Part shown: in pieces, positions 17,708-25,488 of the stretch
How the letters are laid out: every line of letters starts with the position of its first letter
How positions within the stretch are numbered: position 1 is the stretch's first letter
Assembly (NCBI GenBank): GCA_020445565.1
Contig: JAGRGI010000031.1
Span: forward strand, 19,419 to 83,418
Reading direction: 5' to 3'
Source of the DNA: Chromatiales bacterium
GTDB taxonomy: Bacteria; Pseudomonadota; Gammaproteobacteria; JAGRCI01
Length of the DNA: 64,000 bases
The notes under the pieces: generated by a model
Databases searched by the model: none
Seen by the model: the letters and a program-made list of their open reading frames with translations, nothing else
Told to the model about the DNA's origin: nothing
Position numbers and translations under genes: made by a program

Positions 17708-18553
17708 GTGCATATCCAACTCAAAAAGATAATGACTATCCCATGCCTTACCCTGAGCCTGTTTGCCACCCCGTGGGCCACCGCGGACAACACGCCGGTC
17801 ACCGCCACGATCAATCTGCGCTCGGGCGATGCTATCAATGACGTAGAGATCCGTGCCATCAGCAACGGCGTAGCGCTGCTCAAGGGGCCCTATGGCACCT
17901 TGCAGGTTCCACTACAGGATGTCGCCAATGTCGTCTTTCCTGGCGGCGACGCTTCACAGCCGGGCGTGGTGCTGGATACGGGTGGTTACAACGCAGAACT
18001 CAAGGAGATGAAAAACGACAACTGGTCGTTTTCCCTGCGGGATGTGGATGGTGGCTTCACCTTGCCGAGTGCCGCGCGCCTGCGATCGATCAATCTGGAG
18101 AAGGCAGGCGCATCCAGCACCGCTGCCTCTTCCACCCCGCTGAGCTCGAAAGGATGCAACGTCAAGGAATGGACTTACGCCTACGAACCCTTCGGCAACA
18201 GCAACTGGAACTTCAAGATTGAAAAACTCGCCGCCATAGGGCCCGAGCTTGTGCTTCAGGCCCAAGGCAGCAGCCGTGACGGTAGAGTACGACGCGCAGG
18301 CTGCGTCATCACCTGCAAAACTGTTGACGAAAAGGGCCGGGAAAGCACGGAACTGGTCAACGACAGAGCCCGAGTAGACATCAAGCCGGCGGGCATCAAC
18401 GTGCGCTGTCCTTTACCGGCTGACGATACCCAGTCCTTCACCCTCTATCTGCGCACCGGCGAGGCCGGCAACAAGGAATCCGGCGACTACTGCGAAGGCG
18501 ACGACTGGAGGCCACTGCCCACGATCAACACCCAACTGCTTTCCAGTCAGTGA
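17708..18553 (+). CDS. Secreted hypothetical protein, paralogue 2 (281 aa from GTG 17708; ATG alternative at 17732)
   Basis: Signal peptide MTIPCLTLSLFATPWATADN. Blocks shared with paralogue 1: V(T/S)xxxxLxxG, LLKGPYGTLQVPLQDV matching LLVKGKYGNQQIPLTDV, AELKEMKNDNWSF matching ATVKEMKNGRWFF, and C-terminal DDWRPLPTINTQLL matching NQWRSLPAINMNLL. Confidence 0.7.
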   Translation: MHIQLKKIMTIPCLTLSLFATPWATADNTPVTATINLRSGDAINDVEIRAISNGVALLKGPYGTLQVPLQDVANVVFPGGDASQPGVVLDTGGYNAELKEMKNDNWSFSLRDVDGGFTLPSAARLRSINLEKAGASSTAASSTPLSSKGCNVKEWTYAYEPFGNSNWNFKIEKLAAIGPELVLQAQGSSRDGRVRRAGCVITCKTVDEKGRESTELVNDRARVDIKPAGINVRCPLPADDTQSFTLYLRTGEAGNKESGDYCEGDDWRPLPTINTQLLSSQ

Positions 18554-18558
18554 TAAGG

Positions 18559-18603
18559 TTCCGGAAAAGCCGACTGTTGTACGACGTCGGCACCGATCCG
18601 GAA
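18559..18603. terminator. Possible bidirectional hairpin between convergent genes
   Basis: TTCCGGA (18559-18565) pairs with TCCGGAA (18597-18603). An inner GCCGAC/GTCGGC stem is also present. There is no U-tract, so this is weak. Confidence 0.25.
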
Positions 18604-18612
18604 ACTTCATTG

Positions 18613-21510
18613 CTACAGACAACTTCCTTCGCGAATCTTGATCTCGACCGCCGGACCGGCCTGCTTGCCGGCGTTCACTACGCTGATTCGCAGGTCGCCG
18701 TCCTTGCCGCCGGGCAGATCCACAGACCACCAGGTGCGGTCGGTCAGTCCCGCCTGGGTCCACTTTCCCGCGCGCTGCGCCTCGATTCGATAAGCGGAAA
18801 AATCACAGGATTCCAAGGCCGACCAGTCCAGAAACGCCTGACCTCCGAAGACCTTACACTGGACCCCTTGTACGGGTCCCAACAGTCCAAAAATTCGGGC
18901 ACCGACGATTTTCGACAACTGGCCTGCCCGATCATCGCCGTCCAGGGCACGTATGCTGTAATAGTTGGTCTTGCACGGCAGCGGTTGCGCATCGACCCAC
19001 TCGCCGCCCTGCACCACTGCCACGCGCTGCGTCTCGTCCGGCGTCAGTTCCAGGTCGGAGCGATAGACTGCGAAGCGTGCATCGGTATTTTCCGCAACGC
19101 CCCAACGCAGCGTAACGGATTTATCGCCGGGCGTGGCCCGCAGGCTACCGACCGCCGCCGGTGGCATTTGATAATTTACGTCCGGAGAGATCGCCTCGCC
19201 ACCGCCGTCCACCTTCGCGACGATCCGGTAGCGGTAGCGATGTCCATATTGCAAGCCACGATCGACAAATCGCGTTTCCTGCTGTTCGGCGATCTTGCGG
19301 GCTTCAGCACCGTCGTCGGAGCGCAGGATGTCATAGCCTCGCAACAGCTTGCGACTACCCTCCACCGACCAGCTCAGACTGACCTCGCCCGGTGACATCC
19401 AGGCCGGTTCAGCCTTGGGGGCGCTGACCACGACCTTCGGCGCGGGAAGTAAGAACCGCGCAGACGGACTGGATTTGTCCTCCCTGCCGTCGACCAAGGT
19501 CGGAATCACCTTGTATTCGTAGTCGGCGGCAAACTTCACCGTGTCATCCATGTAGACAAAGCCATTGCCGGTCTCTACCCGGTCCCTGCTCAAACGGATC
19601 TTGCGCGGTGCCTGTCCGTCTTCACTGCGGATCACGGTAAAAAAATCCACTGCTTGCGGATTACCCTTGCCGTTCCACTTCACCACGGCAGTGCGGGTGT
19701 TTTCATCGAGGGGGCTGGTCTGGAGTTCGCTCAAGGCAAAGCTCGGCGCCTCGAGTTTCAGCTTGGCGAGCGGACTGAAGTCGCCGAGTTTGTCGTTCAA
19801 TTGAACGGCGGCGACACGGTAGGTGTACGCCACGCCGTAGTCCGCGTCCTTGTCCACGTAGACGGTCCCATTGGGGACCGACGCAATGCGCTTCTCCTTG
19901 CCATTCTCCTGGGTGCGAAAAATGGAAAATGACTTGACCGCCCTCGGGTCGCCGCGCCCCTGCCAGGCGAGTTGTACCTCCTTGGCGAAACGGGGCCCCG
20001 CCGTGGCCGTCAGCGAGGTGACCGGAAACAGCGGCACTGGCAGGCTGGCGGCGACCGGAATGCTGGACACCTCATCCTGCCCGACCCTAGCCGTGACCCG
20101 GTAGCGATATGCGACGCCATACTCTGCCGAGGAATCGGTGTATCGCTGGTCGCGAGTGGTCGCGATGGGCTTGAAGGCGCCTCCATCCGACCGTTCGACC
20201 ACATATTCGCCTCGAAAACCGTTGTTCAAGGACTGCCAGCCGAGTTCCACGACCTTTCGCGCCGACTGCACTTCCGCCTGCAGGACAGGCGGTATTAGCA
20301 CTACCGTGGGCAACGGACGCGACGCTACGGGAGGAATCGGATTAGGCGCCGCGGGTACTGGCGGCGTTGCCGGCACCGGGTTGGCGCTGGGCGTCGTGGC
20401 AGATGCGGACGTTTGGGTCTGTGTCGGAGGCGTGGACTGGACAGTAATGGGAACATTCGTTTGTCCGTCATCGCGGCTGACAAAATAAACGCCCGCTGCC
20501 AGAAGGACTCCGATCAATCCCCAGGTGGTTGCGGAATAGCGCTTGCGGACAGCACCACCCTGTTCGGCTCCCCCCTGACGCTGAGAATAGGATTCGGAGC
20601 CTACCGCTGCTCCGCCCTGAGACTCGGTACCAACGTCTGCCGTGGTCGGGCCGGATGACCAAGCCCCCAAAGTGTCACCTCCCCCGCCCAGGTGTCGGGA
20701 AAGTTCGGCCGCGGTGGGGCGCCGCTCGGGATCGGGGTTGAGCATACGCTCCAGATCGACGGCGATTTCACGATCCAGGCGGGGTGGGATCTGCGGAATC
20801 ACTTCCCGTGAACGAACCAGATCATAGAGGCTGGAGGGCATGAGATTGGCTGGATCGTTCGGATCCTCGGCACAGTTGAGCAGCACCAGACCGAGACTGT
20901 AGATGTCCGACTTCTCGCCGATCACTGCCTCGCTACGCAATTGTTCCGGCGAGGCAAAGGCTGCCTTGAGCGGCCGGCCGGCCTCCACGAACACGGTCTT
21001 TTGATCGACCCGTAACTGTGTGGCGATTCCAAAATCGATGAGTTTCGCCTGCGCCGGATCTCCATCGGGCAGAATGATGTTGTCGGGTGCGATATCCCGG
21101 TGCACCACGCCTTTGGCGTGGCAGGCACTAAGCCCGCTGAGCAGGCGCCGCTCCAGCACGGCGATGGAATCGTTGGAAAGCGGCCCCTGTTCCAGAAGTC
21201 CCGACAACGGTACTCCCTGGACATAGTCCATTACCAGGCAATAGCTGTTGAGGGCCTCATCGCGTTTGTACTGATAGAACGCCACCACGGCGTCGTGGCG
21301 CACCGCCAGCAGGGCCTGGGCCTCGCGCTTGAACTGGGCAGCGAAACGCGGATCGCCGCCATAATTCGCGGCCACCACCTTGACGGCGAACTGTCTATCG
21401 TCCAACTCCGGGTCACTCACCAGATAGACGACGCCCATCCCGCCACGGCCGAGTTCGCGCACCACCGAATAGTGACCGAGCAGTCGGGTACCCGGACGTA
21501 TCGCCACCAT
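18613..21510 (-). CDS. Hanks-type Ser/Thr protein kinase with TM helix and six Fn3-like extracytoplasmic repeats
   Basis: The likely start is MVAIRPG (ATG 21510), not the ORF-track start at 21684. Kinase motifs: GRGGMGVVY, FAVKV, HRDIAPDNIIL, DFGIA, SPEQ. TM segment WGLIGVLLAAGVYFV, then a Pro/Thr linker. Six roughly 90-aa repeats each end in a YxYRV/YKV-type strand (YGVAYRYRVTA, YGVAYTYRVAA, ADYEYKVIP, YGHRYRYRIVA, NYYSIRAL, LRISVVNA). Confidence 0.85.
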   Translation of the reverse strand: MVAIRPGTRLLGHYSVVRELGRGGMGVVYLVSDPELDDRQFAVKVVAANYGGDPRFAAQFKREAQALLAVRHDAVVAFYQYKRDEALNSYCLVMDYVQGVPLSGLLEQGPLSNDSIAVLERRLLSGLSACHAKGVVHRDIAPDNIILPDGDPAQAKLIDFGIATQLRVDQKTVFVEAGRPLKAAFASPEQLRSEAVIGEKSDIYSLGLVLLNCAEDPNDPANLMPSSLYDLVRSREVIPQIPPRLDREIAVDLERMLNPDPERRPTAAELSRHLGGGGDTLGAWSSGPTTADVGTESQGGAAVGSESYSQRQGGAEQGGAVRKRYSATTWGLIGVLLAAGVYFVSRDDGQTNVPITVQSTPPTQTQTSASATTPSANPVPATPPVPAAPNPIPPVASRPLPTVVLIPPVLQAEVQSARKVVELGWQSLNNGFRGEYVVERSDGGAFKPIATTRDQRYTDSSAEYGVAYRYRVTARVGQDEVSSIPVAASLPVPLFPVTSLTATAGPRFAKEVQLAWQGRGDPRAVKSFSIFRTQENGKEKRIASVPNGTVYVDKDADYGVAYTYRVAAVQLNDKLGDFSPLAKLKLEAPSFALSELQTSPLDENTRTAVVKWNGKGNPQAVDFFTVIRSEDGQAPRKIRLSRDRVETGNGFVYMDDTVKFAADYEYKVIPTLVDGREDKSSPSARFLLPAPKVVVSAPKAEPAWMSPGEVSLSWSVEGSRKLLRGYDILRSDDGAEARKIAEQQETRFVDRGLQYGHRYRYRIVAKVDGGGEAISPDVNYQMPPAAVGSLRATPGDKSVTLRWGVAENTDARFAVYRSDLELTPDETQRVAVVQGGEWVDAQPLPCKTNYYSIRALDGDDRAGQLSKIVGARIFGLLGPVQGVQCKVFGGQAFLDWSALESCDFSAYRIEAQRAGKWTQAGLTDRTWWSVDLPGGKDGDLRISVVNAGKQAGPAVEIKIREGSCL

Positions 21511-21766
21511 CGAAACGTCAGTAGTCAATGCAACCTCAAGAGCGCTGGATCGGATCGAAGTGCAGACCCCACGAATCTGCTCGCTTGACGCGCGCAAACC
21601 AGGGCGTTTCGGAGGTAGATTAGGTACTCTCCGACAGGGATGCAACCGCCTCGAAATTGGTTCTGCTCCGACACCACCTGTCACTGATTACGGTCGACAG
21701 TGACTCGTTCGTTCTCGGCAAATGCCAGCAGCTGCTGACAAGCAATAGGTATATGCATCCATCCAC

Positions 21767-22957
21767 CTACGGACTTTCCCTGGCAGTCTCCTCGATATCC
21801 AGCCGAACTCGCGGACCGGTGAGGAAGTTGTTTCTGATGAGCTCCGGGTCCGCCAGTGCGGAATAGGCGAATTCCAGGCCGTGACAATCCAGGCACACGC
21901 CTTGCCCCATGCGCCGAGTCGGGCGCAGGTTGGCGCTTTGGTTGTGCTCGACATGGCCGTCTCGACGATGCGGCAGATGACAGCTTGCGCAGGTGACGGG
22001 AGGTTTTGCCTTGGCGTGGGGTGACTCGGCCCAGGCCAGGGTATGGGCGTCGTTGTGGCAGCGGGTACAAGTTTGCGTGCCTCGGTCCGGCGGTTCCTGA
22101 TGCGCGCCGTGACAGGCAGCGCAATCGGGATGGCGCTCGGCTTCGTCCGCGCGGAAATCGCCCCTACCCTCGCCCACAGTAATCGCCTCTGCCCTTACCA
22201 AAGTGGCCATGCCGTGACGTCCGTTTTGCCAGCCTTCCTGGGCATCGGCGTGGCAACCACCACAAGTCGACCAAGGTTTCTCTCCAGAGACATGGCAGCG
22301 TTCGCAAACCAGCTCGGCGTGTGGCCCGTTCTGCCAGGCCGCGACTATCGGCTCCGGCGCATCGGGCGGTGGCGGCAAGGAATGTTTCGTTGCAAGCTGC
22401 GGTGCCACATCAGGGGCACGCTTGTCGATCAGATCCGGTTCGCCGAGGTGCGCGCGCAGAAACTCGCCGCTGCCGGGGCGATTGTCGTGGTAGGCATGAC
22501 ATTCGACGCAGCGAAAAAAATCCCGCCCGGTGTGGCTGGGACGATCGCTGCCCACGTCACGGTGGCAGAGTATGCAGAAATCGCCTGGACGGCTGAGTCC
22601 GCCGGCGTCGGTGTGCTCGGCACGATGCTCGCGATGGCAGTCGTCACAGTCACCGGCGAGCGCTAACTGTCCGGCCTTCTTCAACACCTCAGCGGCGTGG
22701 CTGTCCTTGGCTTGGACCAGGAACTCGCCATGGCAGCCCAGACAGGCATCAGTGGTGCCGCCGAAGGGGCGATGACAAAGCCCGCAGCGGTCGATGATCT
22801 GGTGATGACCATCGCTGGCCGGGCCGGCCGTCCAGAAACCTGGCAAGGCGCGAATTCCCATCCATAGCAACAAGGCCGCCACGAGTATGGCGCTCGAGAC
22901 CAAGCCGATGGCACGGGCGTGGGTCCACAGCCACAACCAGAGTCGGTCGATGTTCAC
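21767..22957 (-). CDS. Membrane-anchored multihaem cytochrome c (11 CxxCH)
   Basis: Haem motifs: CGLCH, CLGCH, CDDCH, CILCH, CVECH, CERCH, CGGCH, CAACH, CTRCH, CASCH, CLDCH. N-terminal TM IGLVSSAILVAALLLW. The proposed GTG start at 22957 overlaps the upstream TGA (22954-22956) as GTGA. The ORF-track start at 23056 lies inside the upstream gene. Confidence 0.85.
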   Translation of the reverse strand: MNIDRLWLWLWTHARAIGLVSSAILVAALLLWMGIRALPGFWTAGPASDGHHQIIDRCGLCHRPFGGTTDACLGCHGEFLVQAKDSHAAEVLKKAGQLALAGDCDDCHREHRAEHTDAGGLSRPGDFCILCHRDVGSDRPSHTGRDFFRCVECHAYHDNRPGSGEFLRAHLGEPDLIDKRAPDVAPQLATKHSLPPPPDAPEPIVAAWQNGPHAELVCERCHVSGEKPWSTCGGCHADAQEGWQNGRHGMATLVRAEAITVGEGRGDFRADEAERHPDCAACHGAHQEPPDRGTQTCTRCHNDAHTLAWAESPHAKAKPPVTCASCHLPHRRDGHVEHNQSANLRPTRRMGQGVCLDCHGLEFAYSALADPELIRNNFLTGPRVRLDIEETARESP

Positions 22958-25476
22958 GAGAAGTAGTAGACGCTGGCCACATGGGACATCAGCAACACCG
23001 CGAAGGGCCAGCTCAGCAAGGCATGCAAGCGGCGCAGATGCTCCCTGGGAAGCCAATCAACTGCGGCGACGGCCCCGCTGACCACCAGCAGATACAACGC
23101 CCCCGAAAGCAGTGTTGTCATGGGAGCACCGAGCGAAAGCCCGCCATGGACGGCCAGCAGCAGCAATGCCGCCGTTCCTATGATCAGGTGTACATCGGTC
23201 CAGCGCGCCAAACTCCCAGGCGTGGGCCAGCCCAGGCGTTTTTTGGCCGATAACAACTGCCCCACCAACAGCAGGGCCAACAAGAGATAACCGCTCGATT
23301 GCTTGCCATCCGGGTCGGTCCACAACCAGGACAATGAGCCTCCCGGCTCCGTCTGCGCCGGCCAGGACCAGGCGGGCGCCAGGGCGATCCAGGCCAGCAG
23401 CAAGACCGCGAGCCCCGACAGACCCCATTGCCAAGGCGTGACGGTTTGCCTATGCAACCGGCCCTGCGCCGGGGTAAAGGCCTCCACGTGCACTCTGGCT
23501 GGATCTACGCCCGCCAGACTCAAGGCTTCGCACACCTGGGTCTGATAAGCGGCCGGTCCGCAGACCAGGATCTCCGCGTCAGGGCAGGCCTGGAGCAGAG
23601 ACTCGATACCCTGTGAGTCCAGGCGACCCTGACGTGACACCTCGCGGATCTCGACATGAACCCCAGGCCGCGCCGATGCCGCCCGCAGCTCCTCGGCACA
23701 AACGATGTCTGCCGATTGGCGAACCGAGTAGTCCAGATAAAACCGACGCCGTTCGGACCAATCTCCCGTGCGTAGCAAGGCCAGGGCCGGTGTCACGCCG
23801 ATTCCCGCCACCAGGCAGAGCCAAGAGCGTTGCCCTGCGGGCAGTTTGAAGCCACCCCTGGGCACGGATACGCGAACGGCATCACCAACGCGGGCCTGAT
23901 CATGAACCCAGGCGGAAAACCGCCCGCCCTGCTCGCGCTTGACCATGATCTCGTAGCCAGTGTCGCTGCCAGCCGTGAGGGTGTAACTACGCTCCAGCCG
24001 TTCCCCATCGACATGGGCCGCCACGCGAATATGCTGCCCCGGCTCGAAGGCGTTGGCGGAGCCGTCGATGGGCATGAGTCCCACTCGCCGAACCTCGGCG
24101 GTGAGCGGTTCCAAGGCATGAATACGGCAGAACTCGCGATCCGCTGGTCCGGCCAACTCTTCGAGCAAGGGGGTGCAACCGCCGCAGATCAGGGAGGCGC
24201 CGCTACGGTCCACCAGGCACTCCAGATCCCTGCATTCACTCTCTAATAGTTCAAGCAACTGGCCACGACTGCGACCGGTGCACTGGCAGACTATCGCTGC
24301 CATGCCGGAACCGACCTCGCGACGGTGCAACCTTAACTCCCCTCGGAGGCGAAACAGGGCACGCTGCCAGGGCCAGAGTCGCCGTTCTTGAATAACGGCA
24401 GAGAAGGCAAATCCCAGGTCCCGCCACGGTCCTGCCACGGCAAGTCCCACGAGACGGCCGCCGACAAGATGCAAGCTGCGCCGGAAACCGCCATCCCCAC
24501 TGAAAGTCTCTTGCTGGGCGACAGACCTGGACTCGACGTTCAGACGGGCAAGGTTGAAAATCGCCTCATCCGGAATTCGAGAGGCGGCAAATCGGCGACC
24601 ATCGGCCAGCACATAAAGGGCGGTAATCGTGTCCTTGCCGTCGATCCGGCCCTTGTGCAGGCTGACGGTTGCCTGATCGGACAGCGCATAGAAGGCGCTG
24701 AGCTGTTCCACCAGGTCCCGCAGACCCGGATTGGATTGGTAGGCTTGCAGGAATCTGCCGCCATCGATTACCAGCAGCTGCAATTCCGATTCGGCAATCA
24801 CGCTGGCGGCGCGGGGTTCGGTACGGATCAGGGCCCGCTCCCCAAAGAAACTTCCGGCACTCAAACGGCCCAGCACCTGTTTTTGGCCGCCGTTCGCGCG
24901 TTCCACCCGCGCCATTCCGGCCAACACCAGAAAGACATCCGAGCCCGTTTCGCCCTGGGTGATGACCGTCTCGCCATCCACGTAGCTGCGCTGTTCGGGA
25001 AGCTGCAAGGCTTCGCCCATGTTGCTCAGCAGCACGGACTGACGCCAGAGTCGTTCTTGAGCCTGGCTGTTGGCACGCTCGTCCAAGACCTCGTTCAGAG
25101 CAGGCATGGCGGCAAGCAAGCCGTGAAAGGCGGCGGCGGGGATCTCCGCGACACCGACCTCGGTCAGGGCGCGGACGCTGGCGTTGCGGCGATTGGCACG
25201 GCCCGGAATCAGGGCCTGTTCGCCAAAGACACGGCCCGGCCCCAGTCGAGCGACTTCTGTCTCACCGCCAACCGGGTCGGTAACGAATACCGAGACCGTG
25301 CCGCTCAGCATCACAAAACACGATTCTCCGGAATCGCCCTCGCGCAGGATCTTCTGGCGCGGCAGGTAATCCACCCGCCGTGCCGATGCGGCCAGACGCG
25401 CCAACTCGCCCCTGGCCGCCCCCTTGAACAAGGAAACCCCGCGCAGCACCTCCAGCAGATCGCCGTTGGCCGCCAC
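22954..25476 (-). CDS. Fusion protein: 2x cNMP-binding + uncharacterised middle region + BFD-like [2Fe-2S] + FNR-like FAD/NAD(P) module + C-terminal dihaem-type membrane domain
   Basis: 840 aa, GTG start. Phosphate-binding cassettes: FGEQALIPGRANRRNASVRA and FFGERALIRTEPRAASVIA. The Cys cluster is CQCTGRSRGQL...LICGGCTPLL. FNR motifs: RSYTL, GGRFS, VAGIGVTPALA, LVCGP. Five predicted C-terminal TM helices follow. Confidence 0.8.
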   Translation of the reverse strand: MAANGDLLEVLRGVSLFKGAARGELARLAASARRVDYLPRQKILREGDSGESCFVMLSGTVSVFVTDPVGGETEVARLGPGRVFGEQALIPGRANRRNASVRALTEVGVAEIPAAAFHGLLAAMPALNEVLDERANSQAQERLWRQSVLLSNMGEALQLPEQRSYVDGETVITQGETGSDVFLVLAGMARVERANGGQKQVLGRLSAGSFFGERALIRTEPRAASVIAESELQLLVIDGGRFLQAYQSNPGLRDLVEQLSAFYALSDQATVSLHKGRIDGKDTITALYVLADGRRFAASRIPDEAIFNLARLNVESRSVAQQETFSGDGGFRRSLHLVGGRLVGLAVAGPWRDLGFAFSAVIQERRLWPWQRALFRLRGELRLHRREVGSGMAAIVCQCTGRSRGQLLELLESECRDLECLVDRSGASLICGGCTPLLEELAGPADREFCRIHALEPLTAEVRRVGLMPIDGSANAFEPGQHIRVAAHVDGERLERSYTLTAGSDTGYEIMVKREQGGRFSAWVHDQARVGDAVRVSVPRGGFKLPAGQRSWLCLVAGIGVTPALALLRTGDWSERRRFYLDYSVRQSADIVCAEELRAASARPGVHVEIREVSRQGRLDSQGIESLLQACPDAEILVCGPAAYQTQVCEALSLAGVDPARVHVEAFTPAQGRLHRQTVTPWQWGLSGLAVLLLAWIALAPAWSWPAQTEPGGSLSWLWTDPDGKQSSGYLLLALLLVGQLLSAKKRLGWPTPGSLARWTDVHLIIGTAALLLLAVHGGLSLGAPMTTLLSGALYLLVVSGAVAAVDWLPREHLRRLHALLSWPFAVLLMSHVASVYYFS
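22981..23190 (-). other. Two transmembrane helices each carrying an H-x13-H pair (bis-His haem b ligand pattern)
   Basis: VHLIIGTAALLLLAVH (His codons at 23188-23190 and 23146-23148) and LHALLSWPFAVLLMSH (His codons at 23023-23025 and 22981-22983). I checked these codons directly in the DNA. Confidence 0.6.
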
Positions 25477-25488
25477 GGGGAGGCTCGC

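Noticed and set aside
8284-18553. The cassette as a remnant integrative conjugative element or prophage.
   Set aside because: No integrase, relaxase, tRNA attachment site, VirB/Tra structural genes or phage genes are visible. The only mobile feature is a self-contained IS with its own TSD. Remnant status cannot be fully excluded without genome comparison.
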